Part shown: positions 37,835-50,128 of the stretch, one piece after another
How positions within the stretch are numbered: the stretch's first letter is position 1
Layout of the letters: every line of letters starts with the position of its first letter
NCBI GenBank assembly: GCA_903813345.2
Contig: CAIIXF020000001.1
Location: 45,074,001-45,138,000 of the forward strand
Source: Owenia fusiformis
Lineage: Eukaryota
Direction: 5' to 3'
Length of the DNA: 64,000 nt
Made by a program: the position numbers and the translations under genes
Notes under the pieces: generated by a model
Databases searched by the model: none
What the model saw: only the letters and a program-made list of their open reading frames with translations
Told to the model about the DNA's origin: nothing

Positions 37835-40780
37835 TAAAAGTGTTAATAAGCTTTGATACGCCTGTTTGTGATGGAATGGGAATTTTTCTAGTAGTTCTTG
37901 GTGATGGAATTATTTGTTCTTCAGCATAGACATTTACTTTTCTCGCAGTGTCCTGTGTAATGTACGCAGAGTTGTCTGGTCCGGTGGAAGTCATAATAAA
38001 AACTTCAAGATCTGAAAAATGTTTATAGATTTCATTTTCACAGAAATAATTAGATATAAAATATTATATATTCACAATGAAAAACATTGAATCAAGCGGA
38101 TTGTCTCCCTTTGTTTTTCACATCACTAGCATCTCACTTTAATATACCAAAATAATTCGGATATATTTGAAGAACAAAATGATGCGCGATAGGTCAGAGT
38201 GACAACAGTATTTTTACTTTCAGCGTTGTTCAGAGCTCTCATTTCGGGTACAGAATTTTCACATACATCCGAGTTCTTTCCCATTGAAATAGCCTATACA
38301 GGGTCCGATTTTTAGCCATTATTTCAGCTTTAATTGGCATTCTTCTTCACGTTTATAATGCACAATCGTTAAAATGTATATGCCCTTATGACAAACTGCA
38401 AGGCATTTTCACAAACATTTTTCTGAAATCAAGGAGGTGGCTCCCAGGATCGGAACTTGATATTTTCCAACAATGAAAACGTCAAAATGTCGTTATTTTC
38501 TGAAATTATAACCGTCTTTTAATTCAAAATAAACAGTTCAGGAGATTCGAACCAATATCTCGATCATTTCTTGAGAGTTTTTAGTAAAGAAGACCAAAAT
38601 TCATGATTCAAATGTTGAAGTGAACAAAATGGCGGCTATTTGAATTAGAATTTTGTATCACGACATGCCCATATATGGGACAAAATATCGATGTTGCACT
38701 CTTGAAGCCAATCCTCCTTGTCTGAAATCATAAAATGTATTGCCGTGACGTTATTTCCCCCCTTCTTGATTTTTTTTGCAAAATATTTGGCATCTCCACT
38801 AATTTTTTAGCTTGAGCCACAGATATTTATTTGGCGTAAAAACCAAGGTGATTGGGGGTAGAGGGGCAAAGTTATGATAGTTGGAACTTGATGCCAATAA
38901 AATTGAAATTAATAAAATATCGATTGTTACTTTGTTTTAAATGCTCTAGATAATACAAAAATATAATTGTTGCTTTTTTTAATAGATAACAATTAAGTAT
39001 AATTATTGAATTTTCTTCCCAATATGCTTTATTTCATGAAAATCGAGCCACCATCGACTGTGTCATGAATTTTTTAAGGTAAGAAACAGTTAATCGAGAA
39101 AAACTGATTTTTTCAAAAACTAGCTTTATCTTTTGAATTATACCTTTGAATTCTTTTGCATGTTCCTATATCTTTATGCACACGGTGGTACCAGAATTAT
39201 GATGATACCTTCTTCCGAATTTTAGATATACTTTTTTTTCTCCCCGGCCCCCATTTTTCAATTTCACTATTTCGATGTTTGTGCCGTTGCTAGGTTGTTG
39301 CAAGGCAACACCATGAACCGAAATTATATTGGAACAATACCAAGTCATACATTCATACACCTGCATACTAAATCATTAATTGGCATTTGTTGTACATCTT
39401 GAAATTGAAATGAATACTAAAGACAAAATCAAGTTGAAGTTGAAATTGCTGACTAGTATTCAATCCACATTACATTAATTTCAATGGAATTTCGCGATAC
39501 CTGCTATCTTTGAAAGTGTGTAACTTCAGTTCTAGAAAAGCTTTTACCATGATTTTAGTTTTTATTTGAAAGATAATAGATTGTTATTTAAGGCAGCGAA
39601 GCATTTTTGGCACAAACAATTTATTGTTAAAGAAAATTGACAATTTATCACAAAATGTCAAATATTTGGATCCCCCTAGGTCACGTTGACCTCGATTTGA
39701 CCTATGTTGACGTATTTTTGAAAAAACAAAAATTTTCTGAAGAGGTTATTAAACAAGGCTTACAACAATACCAAATATAATGACACTCAGTTAGTGTTTA
39801 AAAAATTGCAGACATTAAGATTTAAGCTGCAATGGTAATGTCAATGTTTAATGAAACGTATGCCTCCTCCAGTGAAATCATAAGAATATTACATCTGACC
39901 ATTATTCATCCGCTTACTTGTTTTCGCATTTCCTTTTACTTATAGTTAATCACCAGCCAGTGATAAAGTGTTAAAACGTAAATTGCAAAATAAACAGATG
40001 AGCATAAGAATGACTAATCCTCGTTGACAAGTATACCAAAAAAAGTAGCGATGCCATATACGTCAATATCAAGATACCCGCCTGAAATATATGTATTAAA
40101 GCACTGCAATCACAGAACACATCATTGATGTTTTATCGATTTAAAACAGATTTTCTCACACTTTTCACTTACTTCCAGATATATTTCAGCAAACCATTTA
40201 TATGCTTCTTTGACTGGTCTGAGCTGATCTAGGTCAAGGTCAGAGGCCTTTATCTAGGTCAGTGCTTCTTCCCTGCTAACGATTGGTAAGAAGTATGTAT
40301 TTGTGTTAGATAAACGCTCAAAAGGATTGGTATCGATATGGCGAACTGAATTCAACATTGTTTTTCTCTTAAAACAATTATTGAAAACATTCCATTTATT
40401 ATATTGAGATGATCCTAGGGTGATGACATTAATGTGTCATTACATATTGTCATCCTTGAATTATAATAGAAGGCTGGACATCCCTATCCTGCAGCAGATC
40501 TTCTCAATTACGTGTGAGTTACAGTACATAAGGGGTCCAAGATGTTTTAAACTCAAACAGCAACGTTCCAAGTGGGGTTGTGGGTCTGATTTGTTTGTGT
40601 TTGTTTAGGTTGTGTTTCATCGGCTTCATTGTCATTAAATTAATTGAAAATAATCAAAATCATGTACAAGTTCTCAGGAGTTCATATCTTACCTGAAAAT
40701 TTGAGATTTGAACAAAATACGCAATCGACCGGGCGCCGGCCGATGAATCGGAGCAAATGTGACCTAGGGATGTTGTGACA

Positions 40781-42574
40781 TACCTCCTTGTTGGTACAAG
40801 AAACGATTGCTCATAATGTTGAACAAGGCCAAATGTTAATTATTACAATATGTGATATTAAAAAGGCATTTGATACAGTGTGGATAGATGGTCTCCTGGT
40901 TAAACTGTACGACTGCGGTATTAGAGGCCATTTATGGAAAATATTGTACCTTAGCTATAAAATGTATGAATGTGCTGTAATGGTAGGCCAAATATGCTCT
41001 GAAACCTTCCCTGTATTACAAGGAGTACACCAGGGAGGGGTTCTTTCTATGCTTTTTTACCAATTGTATATGTCAGATTTAATTGATACTATGATGCAAG
41101 TTCATACCGGTGCATCTGTAGCAGATATCAAATGTGTTTGTCCATGTTACGCCGATGATATGTGTATTCTGTCAAACTCATATATGTCAATGCAAACCCT
41201 TCTAAATCATCTTACACATCATAGCAACAAATGGAGGTACCAAGTTCATCCACAAAAATGTGCATATATGACCTTTAATGACAATAAAAACATACATGTT
41301 AATCACAGTTTGAGTATTGGAGGTGAGGCAATTGAAAAATCAGATTATCAAGTACATGTAGGTGTACCTCTCTCCTCCAAAAATGATGTCTCAAGATATG
41401 TAGAAGAAAAATGTACTAAGGGAAGAAAGCAATTTTACTCATTACTTGGTATTGGAAATAAATGTGGAGGTGTAACTCCAATTTCTGCATCTAAACTGTA
41501 TAAAACTTATTCAATTCCATGTATGACCTATGCTGCCCCAGTTGTGAATTATCAGCAGAAGGACATTGAAACTATTAATAAAACACAACGTGATATTGGG
41601 CGAAGGATCCAGTCCTTGCCTAGATCTGCTAGCAATTCCATTTCTACAGTGACCCTAGGGTGGTTAGATATCGACTTGTATATAGATTTTTTAAGAATGA
41701 TGTTCTTGTGGAGTCTTATTTTGTTATCATATAAGAATGTTTACAAAAGATTACTTGTAATACGTTTGACAAAATTTTTACATGAAGGTTTTAAAAATAC
41801 CAAAATATTTTCACCCATGGCATCAATGTTGCAATGTGCTATGAGGTATGGATTTAGAGAGATTATTCAGAATATGTTAGATTGTAATATTGTGATAAGT
41901 AAAGGCCAATGGAAAAGATTAGTTTTCGCCAATGTTTCACACAGCCAAATTTATAGAACGTCTATTCAGTCAATTATGTACAGCAGTCTTGCAGATTTTA
42001 GAAAAAACGTTTGTATTACATTGGATCCTAATATATGGTGGATCGTTGCTCAAAATTTTCCGCGGGCAACAGACTCTTGTAAACTAATGTTCAGACTTTT
42101 GGTAGGTGAGCACAACTTGAATTATAAGTATAGAGGAGGTGAAGATCAGTGTAAACGATGTAAACTGTGTAACTCATTCCAGTTAGAGACGGTTGAACAT
42201 TTCTTAATGCATTGCTCTGCCGCACAATACTCCATATACAGGCAAGAACTTAAGGAATGTTTTACTAAGCACAAGTTCGAGTTTTCGTTCAATACAATTC
42301 TTGGGATAAATGTTGTGCCAAATCCAAATGCAATTGTTCTCTTAAAAGAGATAGCACAAATTATTTTCAAGCAATATAATAACACGGTCTAACAGTGGCT
42401 GTGTTTGAGACACTTACAGTGCCTGACTCAACCGTACGAGCATTTTGCGCATTGAATAGTTTTCATACGTCTAATATGTATATAATTTTGTCATAATTTT
42501 GTACTTTTATTTTACATCACTGTACATATAAATTGTATCTCCATTTTATTATGGGCAATAAAGATATACAATAC
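40781..42574 (+). mobile_element. 5'-truncated LINE A (RT plus C-terminal zinc knuckle; RTE-X/L2-like by tail), open frame to 42392
   Basis: Motifs DIKKAFDTVW, GVHQGGVLS, YADD and CKLC..ETVEHFLMHC. No endonuclease domain and no true start. AATAAA followed by an (ATACA)n tail. Empty site tgttgtgacaatactcacgg at ~27932-27951. Confidence 0.92.
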
Positions 42575-42708
42575 AATACTCACGGCAAAATCAAGATATC
42601 GGAAAAAAGTCAACGGTGCCTGGTCGATTTAGAAATCGGCCGGCGCCCGGCGCAAATGTGACCAAGGCATTACTTACAGTACTTTTGTCTAGGTCCAATT
42701 TGCTCCAA

Positions 42709-44480
42709 CTGGTAAGCATTGTTCATTTTATTAATTCAAATATTGATGATTTGGCGGACACCAGAGGCATCTTCCTCGACATAGAAGGTGCTTTTGACGC
42801 CGTTCCTCACTTCCTGTTGATCAAAAAATTAAAATCATACGGTTTACCTCAGAGTATTATTGATCTCTTTCAAAGTTATCTTACCAATAGAAAATTAAAC
42901 TGCCGTGTCAATAATATATATTCCAAATTCTCAGAGGAAGGCATAATCAATAGTGGGGTACCCCAGGGATCTATCTGGGGGCCATTATTCTTCCTTTTGT
43001 ACATAAATGATCTACCTGAAGTCATTAGAAATGGTAAAATGTTCTTATATGCTGACGACAGTTCTATATTTTTTAAAGTTGATAAGGACAGAGATCTAGC
43101 TGAAGCTCAGCGGGAAATACAATTTGATCTTGATAAGTTGTCTGAATGGTCCGATTTGCGGAAGTTGAAATTCAAAGCATCTAAAAGTAAAGAATTGATA
43201 TTTAGGAGTAGACGTCGTTTCAAGAGGCAGTTTGAGCCAGTTACCATGAATGGTGTAACTATAGCAAGACAAGATTCACATTGCCACCTGGGTGTAATTT
43301 TAGATGATGCTCTGACTTTCACCGAACACATAACCCAACTCCGTATCAAAATAGACAAGATGATAAATCCACTTAATTGTTTAAAATATAAGATTGCTAG
43401 TAAACACCTTGAAACTATGTATATGTCCTTTATTTTACCCCATTTAGAATACGGCTCAGTTTTAATTGATGCGGCTCCAAAACACGAACTCTTGAAATTG
43501 GACAGGCTTCACTATAAGGCAGCCTTAATTGTTAGCGGCTGTATCAAGGGAACAAATACAAACAAAGTTCTGAAAATTCTAAACTGGGCTCCACTATCGG
43601 AAAAAAGAAAACAAAAGAAACTGTTATTAATGCATGATGTTTATTATGAAAATGCCCCTCCATACATTTCAAATATTTTCAATTTGTACCGAAACAAGAG
43701 GCCAACTCGAGCCCTAAGAAAAACGCCCCATTTTATTGTACCCGCGAAACAATCTGAAAAAACTAGACGCGGTACTGTAGTTTCTTCTATATCTGAATGG
43801 GAGAGGGACACATTACCTGATCAACTCAAAACCATTCCAATAAAGCGCACTTTTAAATACCATCTTAAAAAACATTTATTTCCGAAGAAGACCCTAATTG
43901 ACACAGTCCACTTGAATTTAGACAGGCAAGCTGAAATAGTACTTAATAAAACCAGATGTGATTTCATTTTTCGTTACCATAAGTTCCAGCATCAATTCAA
44001 TAATGTCAATCCTCAATGCCTGTGCGGTTTTCGATCTCAGACAACCCAACACCTATTCTTTTCTTGCCCCCTTTTACTTGATCTCAGGGAACAACTAGCA
44101 CTTGACCTTGCAGGGATACCCAATTTCAACATTAACCATTATAACAAACTATATGCAAAAGAGAAACTAGATACATTGTTATATGGTGGCTCAACATATA
44201 AAATTGATACTAACAAGCTTATAGTCACAACAACTGCCAACTTTATTTCTTTAATTGTAGACTATGTTTAACTTTATATATTTGGTGTAAAATGTCACAT
44301 GTAACTTACATGTATTGTCATGCTGAGTGTTCAGCAGCCTAAAATTACTTGATTTTTATGTGCCTACGTATTTGTGAAAATCGACATGGGCCACTAATGC
44401 CAATGGCCTTGGCCCATTGTCGGACATTGTGAAATGATAGTATTGATAAATAAAACATAACCTATAAAAAAAAAAAAAAA
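42709..44480 (+). mobile_element. 5'-truncated LINE B (CR1/Crack-like RT), open frame to 44271
   Basis: Motifs FLDIEGAFDAVPH, GVPQGSIWGPLFFLLYINDL, YADD, HLGV and CLCG..TTQHLFFSCP. Poly-A tail and TSD (aat)ttgctccaa. Empty site at ~28063-28080. Confidence 0.93.
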
Positions 44481-44888
44481 TTGCTCCAATTCATCGGCCG
44501 CCGCCCGGCTGATTGTAGTATATTGTTCAAAACTGATTTCAACTTGCTTCAAATTGACCAAACTTTTTTTGAAATCATGTACAAGTTCCCAGGAGTTTAC
44601 AACTGACCATAACATTTGAGAGTTGACCTTCAATTTTGAACAAAATACTCAATCGACCGGGCACCAGCCGATAGATTGGGGCAAATGTTACCTAGGCTTC
44701 ACAAGTAACCATATAATTCATCAAAGTTCAGAAGAATCAGTGTTTAAAACATTCTAAGCATTCTAATTCTAGAATGTATTTATATGTAGCCTCGGCCCCT
44801 CGCAATCTATGTAAATAATTATGTTGAATTCTATAGAAATAAATAACAAAAACCTTTAAAAAATGTATTTCACACCACAGATTTGAAT

Positions 44889-45427
44889 CACTGCTACCCA
44901 CCTAGTTACACAGACGTATCGTCAGTGTATCATGGCGGAACTACTTCCGGGACTAGGTTTCGGTAAGATTTTTTTATTTCCCGATTTACACCTACTTATA
45001 AGTCACGTTGTGGATAATAATTTGGCTCGAAGTTAAGGAAGATAGTCTTGTTTGAGAATGTGTCGATGGTTTTAGGTTTTATATGTTAACGAAGACACAA
45101 TTCACGTATTTAGTCCCTCGCTTTTGTTACACTGACGAACGACCAATATCAGTGTAATATTGGCAATATTAATGCCGATCGTCAGTGTAACAAAAGCGAG
45201 GTACTAAATATGTGAAATGCGAATTCTTTAACATACCCAACCTAAAACCATCGACACATTCTCAAACAAGACTATCTCCCATAACTTGAGCCAAATTATA
45301 ATCCATATCGTGACTTATAAGTAGATGTAAATCGAGAAATAAAAATATCTTACCAAATTCAAATCCCGGAAGTAGTTCAGCCATGATACACTGACGATAC
45401 GTCTGTGTAACTAGGTGGGTAGCAGTG
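44889..45427. mobile_element. Palindromic MITE, copy 2
   Basis: Near-identical to 28468-29007, with the same TGAAT TSD. Confidence 0.85.
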
Positions 45428-45638
45428 TGAATGAAAAGGTCACAAAACTAGTTTGAATCGATAAAATTGATCGGCCTGGTATGTAAAACTCCACAAAGCA
45501 AATCATAGCAGCAGAAAATATAAGGTTTGTTTACTTTATTTTGTTGAGCTTGTCGCTATATTCCAGGTAAAAAGGCAACTGTGCTGTTAAGAAACTATAA
45601 AAACATAATACAAATATAATCGACATCTAGAGAGCAAT

Positions 45639-48600
45639 ATGTTGGACATTCAAAACTTAATTTGCTTTGCGTTTGTGTTTTTAATCATCTGCCATATTTC
45701 GAAGACGAGACAAATTGTAATAGATGGACCACCGACTGAAAATTGGATTATGTACAGAGCAACATCTCAAGACATTCCAGAATATAAGTACAAATGGCCT
45801 TTGGAAAACAATCAGGGTCAGGTTGTCATTGATATAGACAGTTCGAAATGGTTAACAGTTGGTCAATATTCAACTGTATTGGATGTGAAGAGCAACACCA
45901 TCGTGGGCACGATCTATAAGCTTGACATTGAATCTGATTGGGACGATCCGTTGGTTCAAAGAAACACGACCGTTTTACATGTTAAATGTAGAGAATACAA
46001 TGGATTGAAACCTTCGATTCCTAATGCTGTTACTTTGGGACAGTATAAGGATATTCGTTACTCAAGAATTGAATGCTTCTTGAAGAACATGTCTGTGACA
46101 TTCTTAAAGGGCCTTGTTCACTTAAGATGGTTGGATCTAGCGAACAACAATATTTCTGTAGTTGAGCAACATGCGTTTGATGATTTGGTTGCATTGGAAG
46201 ATTTAGTCTTAACAAGAAACCCAATAGGGTTCCTCCCTAATGGACTATTTTGCACTATGCCCAAACTGAAAACATTAAAATTGGATTACTTAAAGCTGAC
46301 AGGATTCCCAACTGCTGCGTTCCAATCCAAATCGACATGTCTAGGCAATCTTCAAGATCTGGATCTCTCAAATAACAAATTGGTCAGTATACCAAATGCT
46401 TCATTCTCTCAAATGAACATGCTGACCAACCTTAGTCTCTATAATTGCTCCATACATATTTTGGACGCGAATGCCTTCGAAGGGTTAACAAATATAGAAC
46501 ATTTAGACATTGGACAGAATTGGATAAAAGAATTACCAGTCGACATATTTTCAAGTACGTCCAAATTATACAATCTTACACATGTAAAGTTGGGTTCGAA
46601 CAACATTACTCATTTCTCATTCGATTTGTTCGTGAAATGCGTAGCCTTGACATTTGTAGACCTCCAGATGAATCAAATCGAACACGTACACGGAAGTATT
46701 AAGGACACTCGGCTCGAATTCATATATTTCAATGGCAATGTTATTCGATCATTTCCAGCTAATATGTTTTATTCTAATGACACAGATATTCTTGTGCTCA
46801 GCGATAATCATATCTCAATCATTCATCCTGATTATTTGTTAATGCCAAACCTAAAGCTTCTGGGATTAGATCGGAACAACTTAACAATTCTGGGGAACTT
46901 CACATTTCATCATCTTGGAAAGCTGAAACGTTTATTCGTAAGGAACAATAAAATCGCAGAACTTGGTGCACTGGCATTTGAAGGTCTTGAACAATTGGAA
47001 TATCTTTTCCTGGACAACAACAAAGTCAACAAGGTTCCGTCTGGAATATTCAAAAAGGTAAAACATTTAAAAACGTTGTCACTAAGACAAAATTATATCC
47101 TTAACTTAGATGGAACAATGCTTGAGGGTCTTAACTCGTTGGATACTATTGAATTAGACAATAACATGATTCAAACTATTGAAACATATACATTCCAGCA
47201 CTTTAAATCTCTTCGTATTGTTTCACTTCAGTCAAACCACATAACTACTATACCATATGGTATATTTGGACATTTGCGTCATTCATTAGGATGGATAGAT
47301 CTTAAAGGGAACAACCTAAGTGCACTACCAGCAGATTTGTTCACAGGATTCTTTAAGTTACGTTATCTCGTCATTTCCCATAACAATCTTGTCAATCTAT
47401 CTATGAAACTAGTCGACGGTTGTACAAATCTACAACTCCTAGATTTAAGTTACAATCAGATCAAAGACTTCAATGTTTCGTTGAAATCAAACAAGAAGTT
47501 AAGTCATTTATACGTCGCAAATAATCAACTTAAGAACGCATGGAATATCTTTGAACATATGCATCTTGTACCATCACTTATACATTTAGACCTATCAGTA
47601 AACAATATGACTTCATTTGGATCAATTCCACGAGTATTGACAGGTATTCCGTCTTTTCTTCGTAGTGTAAATATAAGTCATAATCGTATCACCGATGTTC
47701 CAGAAAATCAATTTTATCTATCAAGATGGTTGCAAGAACTGGATATGTCGGCTAACAGAATACAAACAATAAAAGAGCCAACGTTCATATCCAAGGATCA
47801 TCCAGGAGATATTATCTATCATGTTGGTACAGAAAATCCGTTTGTATGTGATTGTTTCATGAGATGGGCAAGAAACGCACTTAATGAGTCTCTGTGCACA
47901 GTTCCAATTCTGAGTGATGGGACGGCAAAGAGGATGAAAGATGTGCCAGCTCGTCTATATCTTTGTCAAATAAAAATGAAATGCCCGGAAAAATGTGAGT
48001 GCTTTGCTGATACAGTAAAAGAGCCGTACATTTGGATACATATAAAATGTTCCAACAAAGAACTCGAGTACATACCCTTTGAAATTCCAAATACAACTAA
48101 CGTACTAGATGTATCTCATAATAACATTAATCAATTGGATTCGGCAACATTTCATAATGCTAGTTGTCCTATATTGCAGATTTTGGACTTGTCTAGCTGT
48201 CAAATCACAGCACTCCTTGGGAATGACATTTTCAATGGATTTGTTCAATTAACAATATTGAACCTAAGTAATAATCTCATAGTGCAACTAAACGGTGAAC
48301 CGTTTAAAAACCTATTTTTGTTGAATGAACTTTACATTTCCAAAAACTCTATCAAAACGATCGAAGACAATGTATTTACTGGCCTCAAAACACTGTCTTC
48401 CCTTGATCTTGAAGGCAATCGTCTTCAGAATGTAAATCTTACGATTTTTGAATCACTGGATCTGATGTTAATTAATGGAAACCCGTTACTTAAGGTACTT
48501 GGAGGTGGCCCCCTAAATGTTCAAGACCAATGGGAATCAAAATGGTATATTTTGCTGTCTAATAATCCATGGGACTGCTGTACGGCTTTATCATTAAAGA

Positions 48601-49376
48601 GATGGTTAAACTCTCACCAATCAATCATACCCAATTTGGTAGACATTCACTGCATGCGAGACAATTTGACCGAGTTGGTTCCTTTATTCGAAATCAGTGA
48701 TTCGAACTTAACATGCATTCCAGAGCCGCCAATACCATTCCAGCAGACTTCGTACTTCCATGCAATTATAGGAGTACTTGTTGTTGTATCTCTCATCCTT
48801 ACAACTGCATTACTTTTTAAACGATTTGAATCACTTATAAAACTAAAGTTCTTTATCTGGTTTGGTTGGCGATTCGACAGGATAGACAACAGTAATAAAC
48901 AATATGACGCATTATTGTCATACAGTGGGCTCAATGGTGATTGGGTGCGTGATGAATTGCTGATAAAACTTGAGGAAGCTGGGTATAAGCTCTGTTTACA
49001 CGAACGTGACTTCAGAGCTGGGGAACCTATCATGGACAACATAAATAATGCCATAGACAACAGCAAAAGGACAATTATTGTTCTGTCGAATGAGTTTCTA
49101 CAAAGTGGATACGCGTTATATGAGTTTTTAAGGTCATACGATGATTGGGTCAGAGGTGAACGAGATCCTGTCATCTTAGTGCTGTATGATTCGCTGGATA
49201 CTTTAGACGAAGATGACTTAGCAAAACATCCTTCTTTAAAGTTGTATTTATCTACAAGAACATATCTTGCGAGAAATAATAAATATTTCTGGGAAAATAT
49301 TATTCTCGCAATGCCCCGGCGACGAAGGCAACGAGATCCAGACAATAATGGTAACGATGGTTTGATGCTGGCTTGA
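45639..49376 (+). CDS. Toll-like receptor copy 2, intact, intronless, 1245 aa, multiple-cysteine-cluster (protostome-type)
   Basis: Signal peptide; many LxxLxLxxN repeats; internal LRRCT (NPFVCDCFMRW) and LRRNT (CPEKCECF); second LRR block; LRRCT (NPWDCC); TM AIIGVLVVVSLILTTALLF; TIR (YDALLSYS, LCLHERDFRAG, SKRTIIVLS, FW). Confidence 0.97.
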   Translation: MLDIQNLICFAFVFLIICHISKTRQIVIDGPPTENWIMYRATSQDIPEYKYKWPLENNQGQVVIDIDSSKWLTVGQYSTVLDVKSNTIVGTIYKLDIESDWDDPLVQRNTTVLHVKCREYNGLKPSIPNAVTLGQYKDIRYSRIECFLKNMSVTFLKGLVHLRWLDLANNNISVVEQHAFDDLVALEDLVLTRNPIGFLPNGLFCTMPKLKTLKLDYLKLTGFPTAAFQSKSTCLGNLQDLDLSNNKLVSIPNASFSQMNMLTNLSLYNCSIHILDANAFEGLTNIEHLDIGQNWIKELPVDIFSSTSKLYNLTHVKLGSNNITHFSFDLFVKCVALTFVDLQMNQIEHVHGSIKDTRLEFIYFNGNVIRSFPANMFYSNDTDILVLSDNHISIIHPDYLLMPNLKLLGLDRNNLTILGNFTFHHLGKLKRLFVRNNKIAELGALAFEGLEQLEYLFLDNNKVNKVPSGIFKKVKHLKTLSLRQNYILNLDGTMLEGLNSLDTIELDNNMIQTIETYTFQHFKSLRIVSLQSNHITTIPYGIFGHLRHSLGWIDLKGNNLSALPADLFTGFFKLRYLVISHNNLVNLSMKLVDGCTNLQLLDLSYNQIKDFNVSLKSNKKLSHLYVANNQLKNAWNIFEHMHLVPSLIHLDLSVNNMTSFGSIPRVLTGIPSFLRSVNISHNRITDVPENQFYLSRWLQELDMSANRIQTIKEPTFISKDHPGDIIYHVGTENPFVCDCFMRWARNALNESLCTVPILSDGTAKRMKDVPARLYLCQIKMKCPEKCECFADTVKEPYIWIHIKCSNKELEYIPFEIPNTTNVLDVSHNNINQLDSATFHNASCPILQILDLSSCQITALLGNDIFNGFVQLTILNLSNNLIVQLNGEPFKNLFLLNELYISKNSIKTIEDNVFTGLKTLSSLDLEGNRLQNVNLTIFESLDLMLINGNPLLKVLGGGPLNVQDQWESKWYILLSNNPWDCCTALSLKRWLNSHQSIIPNLVDIHCMRDNLTELVPLFEISDSNLTCIPEPPIPFQQTSYFHAIIGVLVVVSLILTTALLFKRFESLIKLKFFIWFGWRFDRIDNSNKQYDALLSYSGLNGDWVRDELLIKLEEAGYKLCLHERDFRAGEPIMDNINNAIDNSKRTIIVLSNEFLQSGYALYEFLRSYDDWVRGERDPVILVLYDSLDTLDEDDLAKHPSLKLYLSTRTYLARNNKYFWENIILAMPRRRRQRDPDNNGNDGLMLA

Positions 49377-49552
49377 AAACTGAGTCTTTATCTAGTTTGG
49401 TTGGCGATTTGTATTGGGTTCGAATTGACAATCCGATACTAAAATAAATGGCGCCTCATCTTACCTAGACTGGCTAGTATGTTGTTCCATAATCAGATCT
49501 ATAATTATATTGTAGTTTTTTCTTTAATTAACGCTTATATCTTGTTTTACTG

Positions 49553-50128
49553 ACGGAACCGTCGTACTTCAATCCTACTAGACGTTTTAACAACGAGTTG
49601 AACTGTCTGAGGACGTGTTGAGAACGAGGTAGAACTAATTGCAAACGGGTTTAAACTGATTAAGAACGTATTTAACACTGCTTAACAAAAAGTTAGCAAA
49701 AATATAGCTATCACACCAAACAAGTTGCCACTGCGTTCTTCAAAACTGGTTTGAAACTGTGTGCGAACGGAATGAATGTAGCTGCAACTTTCTAAGGTCT
49801 ATTTACGAACTTTATGAACGTACTCAGACGGGAATGTGATTTTAGAATTTTGAATCGATTCAAAATTCGATGGCGACCATACCGTTCTGTAATCAGGTCA
49901 TGTTGACCTTCTAGAATAAGGGACGCGTTCTACAACGTTGCATATCGACGTGGTGCGACCTGAACGAACTGCGAACGAGATGGACGTATTGAAGACTGTT
50001 TAAGAACGAAGAAGCTAATCATTTTAGACATATTTCCCGACCACAGCCAGATTGAGCCCGTTTTACGACGTTTTCGTAGGACTGGCAAGAACGGGTAAGA
50101 ACTAGTTTGGTGTGAAAGGGGGGGGGGT
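49553..50128 (-). mobile_element. Partial MITE copy downstream of TLR copy 2
   Basis: Duplicate of 33163-33723; retains ~22 bp (tatttaacactgcttaac..) that is deleted in the copy after TLR 1. Confidence 0.85.

Noticed and set aside
42616..42708. N-terminus MPGRFRNRPAPGANVTKALL.. of the 551-aa ORF (also 27982 and 60041)
   Set aside because: GTG-started read-through from flanking repeat DNA upstream of the LINE's 5' truncation point; the same sequence exists without the LINE at 27982.
40788..49376. RT next to a variable receptor as a DGR- or retron-like system
   Set aside because: The RTs are non-LTR retrotransposon type with tails/TSD and visible empty sites. No template/variable repeat pair or adenine-specific variation was seen, and the duplicates are decaying.
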